A DNA stretch of 64,000 bases from Adineta vaga (taxonomy: Eukaryota > Animalia > Rotifera). The stretch lies in the NCBI GenBank assembly GCA_021613535.1, contig CP075497.1, positions 6,386,001-6,450,000 on the forward strand. The letters run 5' to 3'. Positions within the stretch are counted from its first letter, which is position 1. Every line of letters starts with the position of its first letter. Below are positions 43,001 through 56,500 of the stretch, one piece after another. Made by a program: the position numbers and the translations under genes. The notes beneath the pieces are model-generated. The model worked only from the letters and a program-made list of their open reading frames with translations. It had not been told where the DNA came from and made no database searches.

Positions 43001-46000
43001 CATCAATTGTTTTTCATCAACTAATTTGCATATTTCATGTGATACACGATTATTTCCTTGTGCACAAATAGCATTGTATAAAGTTAATGTATTCGAACAG
43101 AAACTAAAGATTTCAGAAGACAAATCGAATAAAAAATGAAAATTTCATATCAATACTTGAGATTATCTTCATCTTCGACTAAATTTAATATATCCGTGCA
43201 TCGATCATCTTCAGGAATATAAACAGCTTCCATTTGAACTATGAAAAAGAAGAATATGAAAGAGAAATTTAGTTGTTCTAGATTGATTTACCAGGATCTT
43301 CCACGAAAACACTCCATCCACGAACATCCGATAATTTCAATTGTTGACAACGAAGATTTGTATTTGGTACACGTGACCAATGACAACGAATAAGTGATTG
43401 TAAATTTAAACGAGATGGTAATTGAGGAAGAAAACGTTCTTCACGATTTAAACTTGGAAATAAAGCAGCAGTCAATGGTAAACAATTCTAGTACAAAGAA
43501 AATCAATAATTTGAATCAGTTTTTTATAGTCTTACTTTGATACGTCCCAATTCAAATTGTAAAACTTCTTTTACAGTTGGTTCAACAAATACAGCTGGAT
43601 ATAGTTTTGTACTTGGTTCAACCTGAAAAAGTCGTAGAATTCATCCTGAATTAAAGTCATAAATTTTAACTATGAAAGCAATATATGTACAAAATACTAC
43701 AATAGTATTTATATGTCAACAAATTAATTGAGTCATTAATCAAATTGAATTTATATTTAATCGGAATTTCAGAGAATATTGTACAATATACCGAATATAA
43801 ACTTGTTATCGAAAAAATCTGATTATTTGGATTAGCTCTGTTTAGTTAGACTTGTAAAGGTTATGAAAATATTTTTTATCATTCGAAAAGAGCAATTCTG
43901 TGCGTGACCTCTTCATACATTTTCCGGATGTTTCTATATCTACAGCTGTTGATTTCTAATAAGGAAAGATCTTTTCCTATTATATTTATTCAATTCATAC
44001 CTCAAGTTTTTGTGCTGATTCTTTTCCATTAACATAAAAAGTTAATTGACCTGTTGACACGTCACATAAACATCCAATTAAGAGTCCATTAACAACGCGT
44101 CGTGCAACAGCTTCTTGATCCGGCATATTGTCTAATAAATCACTAGCACAAAACATATAAGCATCTTGTCGACTAGCACTTTCTAATATTGAACCATCTT
44201 CTCCTGTTTGTGTAATTGTACAACGTCGAATTAATTTCGATAATTTACTTGCTGATGTTGTTGATGTATCATCTGGAAGACTTTCCTTTAATAAAATAGG
44301 TTTGAATCTTGATGTTACCCAACCGATAAATACTGAACGAGGATTTTGGCCAGGTAATATTCTTACTGCATAATAGAATTCATAAACATGTTCATTAATA
44401 GCACGAATTTCATCATGTTCAAAATCGTTTGCTTGATCATTAAGTTCAGCTTCATTTTCTGTGAAGGATCGTCTAGTATTTATATTATTTAATTGTTTCG
44501 TTGGTATGCCTCCGGATGTTGATGAAGAATTTATTGTTGGAACTTTTAAAACAGATTGTGGTTGATTTTGTGCACTTCCACTTGTTGAACTAGTTCCACT
44601 AACTTTTACTGTACGTTTTGATACTTTTGGTTGCTGTTCATTTGGACCTTGAGGTTCTTTCGAGAAACGTTGAAAAAAATTATTGATTTTACTTGTTGAT
44701 CCTTTTGGATTGGTTTTACTCAAACGATCAATAGATTCATTTGTTGATGAACCATTCATTAAACCTCCTTGTCCAGTTCCATTCGCCATTGATGGTGATG
44801 GTGATGGTCCTTTCTTTGAAGTATTTGAATCACGAAATTTAACAAGTAAATTAGTTGGATTACGTCCTGATTTATTTGTAATCGAATCTGGTGAAAGAAA
44901 ATTTGGATTCGTATCAGTTTGATTAGTTAAATGTGAATCGATTGTATCAGATGTTCCATGTGAAAATGATTTTGTTCGACTAGCCGAACCTGATGTTGGT
45001 GGAAAAGCAAATGCACGTTTTTCTTCTTGTGAATCAATATATTCTTGTAAAGCTAATTGTCGTCGTTCAAGAGTCACTTGTCTACAAAAAACAAAATACA
45101 ATGAATAGATTGATTAAATTAACTAAATTGCTTATACTTTGGTGTGAATTTATCATGACAACAAAGAGGTAATGAGAGACGAAGAAATTCGAATTCAACT
45201 TTATCTAATGTTCCAAGTAATCGTGATTGAAGTTTGATTAATGGCGGATTATCTCGACTATATTAGAAAATAAAATGCAAAAGATAAAAAACCATTTTGT
45301 TAAACAAATACTGAAATACCTGGCACCAATTCGAGTTACTTCAAATGAAGATGAATCGGACTTAAGTGTTTCAAAACGAGGAATAAAATTTGAATACCAA
45401 AATGTTAAACTTCGTGTCATATTTCTAAAAGATTCCAATAGTATTTCGAACACAATCTTTCAAATACTTACACACAAAATGGTTCATATCCTTCTTGTAA
45501 ACCACAAGATGTAAAATATTTCAATGTATTAACATCTTGTCCAAAATTTAATCGTGCTTTTTGGCCACTGAATGATGTTAAAGCAGGAACATATCCGAGA
45601 CCATCAACTTCTAATCCATCAAAAGCAGTTTCATTACCAAAATTATCCAACATTAATTCTCCATTTAATGAAAAACTAATTGTTTTATCATGTAAATCAA
45701 TCATACAACCAACGACATCATTTTTTGACCATTGTTTACCAAAACCTTCGAATAAATTATGATGATAACGTCGAGCATTTAAACCATCAAATGCATATCC
45801 ATATCCATGTGAATCTGTTCCCAGAGGATAGGCTGCATCAAGTTTAGATACTTGTGCCCAACCAATTAACATTCGACCAGGTGTTAATAATTCAACTTCA
45901 TAATACCATTTACCTCGTGAAACTGCAAATGTTTGTTCAGCACGATATGTACGATAATTTGAAATATGTTCACACCTTGCTGAATTAGCTGCTTCTTTAT

Positions 46001-49000
46001 TATGACGATTGAGATCTTCAGCATCACCGGTCGGTGATTCAATTGTATAACCATATGCAAGAAGAGTTTTAACAGTTTCACTTGCTGTATCACGATTGAT
46101 CTTTTTTATACTATCATCAACAATAGCGTAAGGTATTAAATGAGGACTTCGTTTTTGACGTGGATTCTAAAAAGAATTTATTGAATTAGAGCACATGTCA
46201 TTTAGTCGATATTAGATTAGAAGAAACTTAACAGATATTTACAATATCAACAATAATAATCGATTTATCAGATTTCTTGTATATAGTACATCTAGACATG
46301 AATCTCAATTGCTAACTTAAATTTCTTTCGAGTTCCTTATTATTGATCATAGCAACTTGATCATTGAATATATATATATTAGAAATAAAAACTTGTAATC
46401 GGATATCATCAAAAACGCATGTAATTATAGAATCGAACAAGATCAAGTTACGGACTGTAAATATGTCGCACCCTGCAGGTTTTCATATGGAACTAGAGAT
46501 GAGTCTCGCCTTCTGAAATCAATCGAATGAATGCAAGATGAATCCTCATAAAGATTCGAAGTTGTTCTGACCTATACACTCACTCAAGAGAATCTCATCA
46601 AAGTCTGACAAAGATACTATCATATAATCAAGTATTAGCCTAGACAAGAGTAAGTACTTACATCAGCTACTCCATATGTAAATCCATCTTTAATTCTTCC
46701 AGCTGCCCAAACATTATGCGTATTTTCCGCTAGTGTTTCAATTAATTCTTCCATTTTTGTTGATAAAACAATATTTGACAGATCTAGTGGTTGTGGTTTA
46801 TAACCATTCGCTTGTACATATGTATTTGGTAATTTAACATATTTCAATCGACGATCATCAGTTTTTATTTCAACACCAATATGATAACCAAGAGCTAATA
46901 AACTCCTAAGAAAAAGAAATGTAAAAAATAAATCATTTTTCTCTATGAATTTACTTCAAATTTTCCATAGCTGTCGTTGTATGATATTGTTTTTCAGCGA
47001 GTGGAAGACGATCAAATGTTGTGAGACAAGGATGCATTTTCTGTGAATCATCTCGAAACTAAATAGAAGAGTAGTACATTTAATATTTGTAGAAAGCGTA
47101 AACTTACTTCACCGAAACGCCAACCACTGGATATTTTATTCATTGACCACATTTCATGAATATTTTCTGCTAATCGATCACGAACATTTTCCAGATGTAC
47201 AGGTAAAACAATATGAGTTGTTCGAACTGGTTGAGGAGTAAATGCAATATGATGTTGAAATTGTGTTGGACCATCCAAACGATTACGTTCAATATTACCA
47301 AATGAAAAACATGGTTCAATAGAAACTTTTTGTTTAGTTAACATTGCTTCATAAAGTGGAGCAGCTCCTTCAGGTGGTCGATGAATAAAACGACCATGTT
47401 CAGCACCAAATATAAATCGACAACTAGAGGAAGAAAGATATGCAATGTGAATTCGTTTCGAAAGAATTCTTTCGCATTTACCTAACACGAGATGATAGAG
47501 AAATTGCTGGATAAAACATTCCAGTTAAATTAAATTCTCTGAAAAGACCTTTAACAGGTAAACCATTTAATGAAAACCACATTTCCGGAATATTTAAATC
47601 TAATAAACATCCAATAACATCATTCTTCTTAAAACCAATATGTTGCATATTATCTGTTGGTAAAACAACTCGATTTGATACATCATAGGCTCGTCCAGCA
47701 AACCATACATTTCGTCCATCAAATCCATATGAATACGTATTATCACCAATTCCATTCGATGAAAAACCATCACCATGACCTGGTGATGGTTGAAAATCAG
47801 TTGTTGCCCAACCAATACGTATATGTGGTTGAACATGTGTTACTTGTTCAATATGATCAATAACAACTTCGAAATACCATTTTTTGTACATTGAGTCACC
47901 ATCTTCAACTCCAACAAGAATATTTGGACGCATACTAGAATAAATTACATTGTTGTTTTCTTGTTCATTTTTAATGTATAATCTGACATAGCCTTGAAAT
48001 TAAGGTTAAATCCAAGGCTTTTAGCATGGATAAATTCCTCTCTCAAGATACAGAAAAGCAGAAACGACCTTTCCTAACCATCTTGATAATTTTAATTCAT
48101 CATCGCTAATCAAGAACAGATTTAATAGAGTAATTATTTCTTTCGAAATTTTCTTCCTATTGTCTTATACTCTTTCACTTTCATCCGTCAATATAACCTT
48201 GACCTTTCTTAACCTATTACAACTTATCTTTTCTATCTACAAGATCTTAATCATTTGCAAGATATAGATCTATTTTCTCACCATGCTACATGATCAACTA
48301 AAGCAGTTTGTAGAAGAAGATCACGTCGTTGTAAAATATTTTCACAGATCAAATTTTGATTTGCACGTACAGCAACACCATTATTAACACAAAGTGAACA
48401 AAGTACATCAAGTACTTTCGGATCACGACCATTTCGATCAAGTAAAGCAATAACTAAAAAGAAGAATTATTCCATAGAAGAAAATCAATTATCACTCTCT
48501 AACTTACTTGCAAGAATATGTGATTCTGTAATCATATTTAATACTTCAGGACTATCAACTAATACACTATGAAGAACTTCCAAAACGCCACCAGATGCTT
48601 GTTGTGATTGTAAACGATTAACAAGCCAATTTAATCGAGCAGTTTGAGCAAAATTTGAACAATTTGTACGATTACCTTTTATTAAAGCAGCCAATACCAC
48701 ATAAAGTTTATTTGTAATATTTTCGATTTTTTCTTCAACACCTTCGAGTAATAATGATTTATCTCTTCGTTCACTGAAAAAATTTATTGCAGCAATTAAT
48801 ATTCGAATCATTCCCTAAAATAAACAATTCCATAGAAATATGAATGAAAATTTTCCTTCTATTTAATTTCGTACTTCTTCTTGAAATAGATCTTGTCGAT
48901 TTTTTAAAACTTTTAAACGAAGTTGTCGTTCTTCATGATCGAGTGTAGGTGATGGTTGAGAAAAAAATCCAATTAAATCTTTTAATAAAGCTTGAACTAC

Positions 49001-51510
49001 ATCACTTTTACTCAAGAGATGATTAGCAGTTTCAGCATCAATTGACATAGGACTTAAGAAAACAATTAAACATCATTTACATGTCAAGAATCAAATATAA
49101 TTAACTCTCTCTCTTACTCAGTTCGATTAAATCTTCCTAGAATTGCATTGCATATTCGAATAACTAACGCCGTTTTTTGTTCTTGTTCTTGAGCTCGTAC
49201 AAGACGAAAACAATCATCCATATGACCTTCTACAGCTGGGATAATCTAATCAAATGAAAACCAATAAATTTAGTTACAAAAAGAACAATTTTCGAAATCT
49301 AACTCGTTTTTCTTCCACTTTGCCAATTCCTTTTATTGTTAATTCTAATGTCTCATAACTAATCCAAAGATCTGAATCAACATGACGAATAAAAACAATT
49401 GTATCACCATATTTTATTGTTGGTACACCGAGATTTTCTTGTTCGCTTATTTCTTCTGCTTGTTTTTCCTAATTAATTGAATATTATGCAAACCTTTGTC
49501 TTCAATTAATTTGACATACTTTTGACATTTTCATTTCGAATGTCACAGCAATTGCACTTGCATTCTTCTTCGATATACATGTTACTTTAGGACCTATTAT
49601 TTATTTTCAAAAAAATCAAATTAATCAATCGTCTATCGAAAGAGATTTTACCATTTTCATCACCAATAACAGCTAAATAAAGGCCGGATGTTACATGTCG
49701 AAGGCGAACTAATGAACTCCAACCGACAAAACCACTGTACCATCTAAATATATTCCAAAAGGATTTCAAATACTGATTTGAATTAAAATAAAATCTCGTA
49801 CTTTATTTTAAAACATTCAATGCGCCATAATGATCGAGCTTGTTGACAAGAAGCACCACTTTTAATGAAGAGACTAAAACAAATCAATTGATTAATATCT
49901 TGTAACTAAATATTATTCTATCGATCGATATATTATGCTCTTCTGTATTCATGTATTTATTTATTCAATCAATGACCTTCATCCTATTAGTATTATGATG
50001 ATTAATATGTGACAATTGACGAACAAACTCAAAAGATTCTTTTCGTGACAAAAGATTTATTTTCTTTGTAGAAGATTTCTCTTGAGAATTCGAACATGAT
50101 TTACAATCAACTTGATCAATCGATATATGAGTTGAAAACAACAACAAAATGTCTTCTCACCTTCCCGAATCATCAATAACTTGAGAATCTGGTGGTGGTG
50201 TCGTTATACAATGATCCATATTACCATGCATAATCCGAATGACATCACCACCGAGAACAAATCCTGGATTTTTGACGCGTGCTACCCCACTTGAAATTGG
50301 TACTAAACTCCATACTTGTTGACGAAATGATGCATTTACTCGGCCACGTTCACTGGTTGACATATATGCATGCTAGCAAAAGAAGATAATCAATCGAAAT
50401 AAATGTTTTTATCTTTCATACAAGATATCGTTCAGAAAACACGGAAACCAAGATTACATCATCATTGAAGCGCACTTTTTCACCTTCACTTCTTTGTTTC
50501 GATGCTGGATGAATAGTCCACCAACAAGATTCGCCTGAAAATTACATCATATGCTTGAAAAAATCCTATCTCTATTTTATATTTATCATAACAAACCTTG
50601 TGCATCTTCTTTTAAGCCTACATCAAACGCGAGCTTGTCATTTGAAGTACTTGTTGAAAGACAACTCAAGTACTAAAATTCAAAATATGTTTGTAAACAT
50701 GTTTTTATTTCCTCAATTTCCTTCATTACCATTTGACTATGATAATGTCGAAGAAGAACAGCATGACCGTACAATAATGTTCGAAATGTTGTTTGTCCCC
50801 CTTGGCTTGCCGAAGTCTAAAAATCAATGTAAGGTATGTTTTATTTGCATGAATGAAATGCAACAAAAGACAATTTCTATACCTGTTCGGTTGAAGTTGT
50901 ACTGACCATTTCTTGTAGAGCTCGAACTGATACAGCTTGTTCGAGTACGAATATACATGATGCCAGATCAGGACAACAAACCTGATATAATAAATCAAAA
51001 TAATTCTCGTGTATATGTGTATATATACAAACATATAAAACGTCAAAATATCATGACATCGAAAAGAAAATCGAAAGCTTATTCCATCGATATTCGAATC
51101 TGTTTTTATTTCTCGCTTCGGATATAAACATCAAAGCAGGAAGATCAAATGACATGCTAGAGAAAAGAGAAAAGAGAAAAGAACATAAACAACAAGCGTG
51201 ACATGCAGTAAAATAGCAAAGGTATAACAAAATTGATCAAAATGCTATGTAAGGATGTCCATTGATTTTTATCATCAAATATTTTCTACCTCATTTGATA
51301 TATCTTCAAGATAACACATCCGATTTCCAAATACTTCGCCCGATAGAGCCATCCGTTTTATAGCTGATACCGGTACACAACTTAAACAAAGACGATCTTC
51401 CTATAAAACACAAAACGCAATCAAACACACAATCCTAAAAAGAAATTAAATACCGTTCGCATAAACTGAACATCATCTTCTTCACCACCGACCATATGTT
51501 CGTCAGCCAT
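28092..51510 (-). CDS. RyR: Ryanodine receptor, complete, many short exons
   Basis: Starts [19 protein letters not shown]. Contains MIR, RIH, SPRY1-3, RyR repeats ([19 protein letters not shown]) and EF-hands ([13 protein letters not shown]; [13 protein letters not shown]). Pore motif [21 protein letters not shown] and KCFICG are present. The C-terminus is [26 protein letters not shown]. Confidence 0.97.
39664..39696 (-). other. 33-nt in-frame cassette microexon of RyR ([12 protein letters not shown])
   Basis: Flanked by TTTTTGTAG and GTAAG. Phase 2-2 matches the neighbouring exons and there is no stop. Confidence 0.7.
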
Positions 51511-52044
51511 GTTTAAGGGTTTTATTTATTCTTATTAAGTTTTTGTTTTTATTGTGATATATTTGTATGTTTCATCATCATGATAATCATTTCGATCTTT
51601 AAAAAACGAATAAGAAAGAAAAGCAAAAATATAAATTGTCACTTCCTCTATTTTTTAATATCTCGAATCAATTGAGCGCATATATTACAACTCGATGATT
51701 GAATGAACCGGATGTGTTTTGTCTCTCTGTAGATCTCTCTTTCCTTCTTCTTCTTTTTATATCTATCAGTCGCTCTTTCTCATGCTTGCTTTCGTGGATA
51801 TAATAAAATCACGAGTATGTGTGTATGTTGCCGACCAGCGATGACAAAGGATGAGAAAAGAGACATAGGCAAGACTTCAAGGGCAGATGGATGCTATATA
51901 AAAAGACAAGATGATAGTAAGCTCTATCTACACCGCGCGCGCTCTCTCTCTCTCTCGCTATCACTAATAGTTTTAGATGATCGACGATATGCACAAAAGA
52001 GTAGCGGCAACAGAAAAAGAACATGCTGGTAGCCTACTATGTCC

Positions 52045-52152
52045 TTATATATATATATATATATATATAACAGCATTATCAGAAGGAAACAACAATTACA
52101 CTCCTCTCGTCTGCGATAGAAGAAGTAGAAAAGAAAGAGAGAGAGAGAGAGA
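52045..52152. repeat. (TA)n and (GA)n microsatellites upstream of RyR
   Basis: (TA)~11 at ~52046-52068 and (GA)~8 at ~52136-52151. Confidence 0.8.
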
Positions 52153-53308
52153 AAGAAAAAAAACTAAAAAAGAAAAATATCATCATAAATCAATGCTAAT
52201 AACGTAACTTTACTTGAGCATTTTACGAAAAAAAGAAACTAAATTATGGAAATGATTAATCTTTATCATCATATTAACAGTAGACGAGATAGTCACTTGA
52301 AAATAGACTTGATAGAAAGAGAACGAAAGAGAGAGAAATGGATTAGAAAGATCAAATCGAACAATGGCATCTGACGAGAAGAGTTATCTCATAGGAATAG
52401 AATTGATAGTCAATGATGGAGAGATACCATTGTGTATCTATTCGACCTTTTTCCTCTGTTAATACGTAGAAAAGAAGAAAGAGATATCTTTTCGAGACTT
52501 ATGCGTGTATATGTGTATGTTTGCGTGTATTGCCATCGATAAGAAGAAGGCCAAAAGAGAGTGCCAGAGTAAGGAGAAAGAAGAGAGATCTGGGCCGAAT
52601 TGATGAGAGAGAATCAACAGAAGAAGAAGAACAGGAACAAGAAGCAGAAAAAGAAGAAGAAGCAGAATCCACTAACATCGCTAACCATCTTTTATCTGTC
52701 CATATGCTGAAGCATAAAGAACAGGATATGGTGACAACAGTTGTTGTTTCCAACATTGTTGATATTGCTTGGCCTAAAGAATGTAACGCATAGGAATTCA
52801 CACTACCGTCATCAGAACAACACACACATACAGACACGCAATAAATTGCTGATAATCAATGTTGAAAGTACCTGAGAAAAAGAAAAAAAATTACTAAAAA
52901 TGAAGAGGATTAAATGTTTCTTCGGCCGTCTATATCGATCACACACGCACATTATTGTCAATGTTAGTTGTTAGTTCGTTACATTCATTTCCGTTTGATA
53001 ATGACGAGTGCAAACAAAACACTCCATACACATTCATCTCTTGAGAACGACTTGTGAACATATACCATCTCATTCTTTAAAAATATTGATTTTAAAGAAG
53101 AAGAAGAAGAACTGAGTCTGAAATCATGCGTGGGTTTTCTCTTTCATTATTGTTAAATATTGATTGATTTCAATCACTCGTTTTGATTGACAGAATAAAT
53201 ATAAGTAAATGTCAGAAAACGGATTTTTCTATTTCAGATTAGTAACATATCCGGTTTCCTTCTGATTATTCAAAGAGGTCACTACAATCTATCTCACTTA
53301 ATTCAATT

Positions 53309-54196
53309 CTAGTTTTGATTATTTTCATGAATACGTTGAATTAATCCAATAAATCCTGCATAACTCATGGTTAACAAATTCATGTAAGTTTTTTCCGATG
53401 AAAGATTTGAATTAACTAATTGTTGTTGATTTTGTAAAGAAAATGTATGAAAACGTGTTTGAGAAATAAGAAATGAAAAATAATTCAAAAGATCTTTGTC
53501 ATCTTCAATTTGTAATGTTGTTAATGTTTTGAAAAGTTTTTCATAATCACCTGTCTGTATCGCTATTGTTCTCCAAAATTTTGGAATATAGAATAATTCT
53601 TTATTTTCTTTTCTTGAATCATTCTCAATCATCAAATGAAGATCACTTTCTTCAATTTCTCTATCACTATCATCCATTTGCCATATAGTCGAAGTTTTTT
53701 CGACTTGAATACGATCTAAAAGATTTTTTTCATTGCTTATCATCTGAAGATATTTTGTAATTTTGTCACTAGTTATTTGATCGAGACGAGTGAGAATTTT
53801 ATCCGGAAGATCGATTCGTGGATATTTCATTTCATAGATTGACCAATGTTGAATAAAAGTTGATGGGTGTTCTTTATGATGATTACGAATTTCGATTTCA
53901 ATTTTATATGGAGTGAGTTTTTCAAGATAATGAATTTTCAAACAAACATCCGTCGTTTCTAAAGGATAATAATGATCAACATATGTTATTTGTTTCGAAT
54001 GTTTCTCATCGACAACGGATAACATATTTAATTTTGTAATTAATGTAAATGGTGAAATTGAAAACGTTTTTTCTGATTGAATATTCATGTCATTCGATGT
54101 AAGTGGGTAAAATAGTCTCCATTCGAAATATTCTTTTTCAAACATATTTTCTTCTCCAATCAAAGAATGAGAGCAAAGAGCGCAAAATTTCTTCAT
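53309..54196 (-). CDS. Hypothetical 295 aa protein, intronless, CYTH/triphosphate-tunnel-like pattern
   Basis: Long ATG-initiated ORF in AT-rich DNA. The motif order EYFEWRLF, VDHYY, CLKI, IEIEI, VEKT, EIEESD, WRTIAIQ, MSYAGF resembles CYTH-fold proteins. Confidence 0.7.
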   Translation of the reverse strand: MKKFCALCSHSLIGEENMFEKEYFEWRLFYPLTSNDMNIQSEKTFSISPFTLITKLNMLSVVDEKHSKQITYVDHYYPLETTDVCLKIHYLEKLTPYKIEIEIRNHHKEHPSTFIQHWSIYEMKYPRIDLPDKILTRLDQITSDKITKYLQMISNEKNLLDRIQVEKTSTIWQMDDSDREIEESDLHLMIENDSRKENKELFYIPKFWRTIAIQTGDYEKLFKTLTTLQIEDDKDLLNYFSFLISQTRFHTFSLQNQQQLVNSNLSSEKTYMNLLTMSYAGFIGLIQRIHENNQN

Positions 54197-54589
54197 TTAT
54201 TCAAAAGAATGTTTGACATAAAGAAAACTAATCAATAATAAATAGCACTTGATTTTAATAATTAATAAGAAAATATCTTACATCGATTTCAAGGTGATTA
54301 CATCATGAAAAATTATTCGAATGGAGGAGTTGCTTGCTATTCTTTTTCTCTTTCTTCTTTTCCTCTTCAATTGCCTATCAATCATAAAAATCGTCTTTAA
54401 GTATACAAATACTAAACACATATTACCTATGAAACATTCATTTCTTCCTCCATATATATTGACCTATGCACACGATAAAGTGATGATTATTTTGTTTTTC
54501 TTTTTCTTTTATACAGAAATCAAAATATCGTATTTGTCTTAAGTTTTCTTTCAGATATTTTCTTGATTTTTTATTATTATCGAGTGATT

Positions 54590-55444
54590 ATGGGTAACGT
54601 TAACAAGTCGATATGTGGAGCGTAATATATTTGTTTGATTTTATAAAAACAAAATGTGTTTGTTCGTTGATTTTATAGAGTCGATACAATAACAGACGCC
54701 ATACGTCGTAGAAGGAAACCGAAACATGTCAATGCAATATTAATTGTCGATGTGCAATATGATTTTATTGAAGGTTCACTAGCTCTTAAAAATTGTCCCA
54801 GTCAACATCAAGGAGAACAAGTGATACCTCTGATAAATAAACTATTACAAGATTCAAGTTTTGATGTTGTTGTTTATACGCAAGATTGGCATACACCTGA
54901 TCATATCTCATTTTATGATAATTTACCTTTACGAGCGCATTTACTTGCTAAAGATTCGAAACCAGCACATGAATTGAAATTATTTGATACAGCAATATTT
55001 TCACTAGACGACGGTAAACTAGCTCGTGTTGAACAAATTCTTTGGCCTGCTCATTGTATACAACACACGCATGGTGCAGAATTACATCGCGACTTATCCT
55101 TATTAAAAGCAAATAAAAAACGGCAAATAATCAATCTACTGAAAGGTTTTGATAGTGATATTGATTCTTATTCAGCTTTTTGGGATAATATGAAAATTCG
55201 TGAAACGACATTACATGCTAAATTAAAAGAATTCAATGTAACACAAGTTTTTATCGTTGGAATTGCAACAGATGTTTGTGTTTATTCAACAGCATTACAT
55301 GCACTTGAAAATGGTTATAAAACTCATATTATAAAAGATGCATGTCGTGGTGTTGATGAAAACAACATTAATCTACGTCTTGATGAATTGATTGCGCATA
55401 ATTGTTCAGTGATACAGGCAGCTGATGTGAAAGACTTACTATGA
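54590..55444 (+). CDS. Nicotinamidase (PncA/isochorismatase family); exons 54590-54621, 54679-55444
   Basis: ILIVDVQYDF, YTQDWH, LWPAHCIQ, KG.DS.IDSYSAFWDN and GIATDVCV supply the catalytic D/K/C and metal-binding D/H/H residues. A 57-nt intron links an upstream ATG in frame. Confidence 0.93.
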
Positions 55445-55645
55445 ATGTATGAAGAAGAAAAAAACAGTTGTTTTATTTTATTTGAAAAGTGTTTCGTGAG
55501 TAAATAAGTGACAAAAACAGAATTATTAGAATGATTAAGATTAAATGGGACAGAAAAAAATTAAAGAGAAAAAAAACCATAGAGAAGAAAGAGAGAACCA
55601 AAAACTTTAAGGAACGAAAAAGAAAAAGATAAGCGAGGAACACGA

Positions 55646-56317
55646 TTACATAAGAAGACAGCCAGCATGTTTGTTGATAAGACGATGACCTGATTGATAA
55701 TTTTGAAGGAATTCTAATTGACGAACATTAAATGATCCACGGCGTCGTGAACGAACAAAATCAATTGATTCTTGTCGATTCATTCCAGCCTCACGTAAGG
55801 CCATTGCAACAAGAACAGGTGATCTAAATATCAACGAATATATATGATAAAAACTTCTAAAAATTAAATGTAGAATAAACTAACCGTCCAAGACCATGAA
55901 CACAATGAACAAGAATACAACCATTTTTATTTTCTTTAACAATATTAAACCATTTTTCACGAACAATTGAATCAGGTGTACTTCCGTCAGGATATTCAAG
56001 ATTCTAAAATATGAAATTTAAAATTCATTGAATTCATTCTACGAAATAAGTACATACGTAAACTTTAATACCGGCTGCTTCAATTGGTTTTGTATCATAA
56101 GTTTTTTCTGAAACACGAACTAATGTTGTGACGCCATATTTTAAACAAGTCTAGTAAAAAAATCAATAAAAATATATATGATCATAAGATGTTTTCAAGA
56201 ATCTCTTACTTCAATGAATGATTGAAGATTTTCGTCAGCTGGACTGTCCGTAATTAAAAAGCGAAGATGTTTATAACGAAGTTCTGTCATTGTTGGATTA
56301 TTTAATGGTGAAGGCAT
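55646..56317 (-). CDS. PRL-1: PRL-type protein tyrosine phosphatase (PTP4A), 4 coding exons, CaaX prenylation
   Basis: LRFLITDSP, KYGVTTLVRV, HCVHGLGR|SPVLVA, VRSRRRGSFN..QLEFL and C-terminal CLLM. Confidence 0.93.
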
Positions 56318-56500
56318 GATTTTCTTAGTAATAATAATTATGTTCCTTGTGAAATAAAGTCAAGAAAACTTTTGTTTTTTTGTTGAATATTTTAATTAAT
56401 TTCTAATTTTGGTTGAAACAAGGCACCAATCAAATTTATTTGGACGATATCGATATGGATAATATCGATAGGAGATGGATAGAGGATTTTGGCGTACTAG

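Noticed and set aside
49965-50147. Possible alternative RyR exon
   Set aside because: The flanking exons join in frame directly (DDSG-S-LFIK) and there is no convincing acceptor/donor pair.
1-51510. Functional excitability cluster (NCX, innexin, ENaC, RyR)
   Set aside because: These genes are interspersed with unrelated genes and belong to large families, so chance co-location is sufficient.
52499-52837. Overlapping Glu-rich (+) and Ser-rich (-) ORFs
   Set aside because: Produced by GAA/GA simple repeats, with non-ATG starts and no recognisable domain.
54590-55444. Nicotinamidase as a horizontal transfer
   Set aside because: Nicotinamidases are native to many invertebrates and this copy has an intron, so there is no support without a phylogeny.
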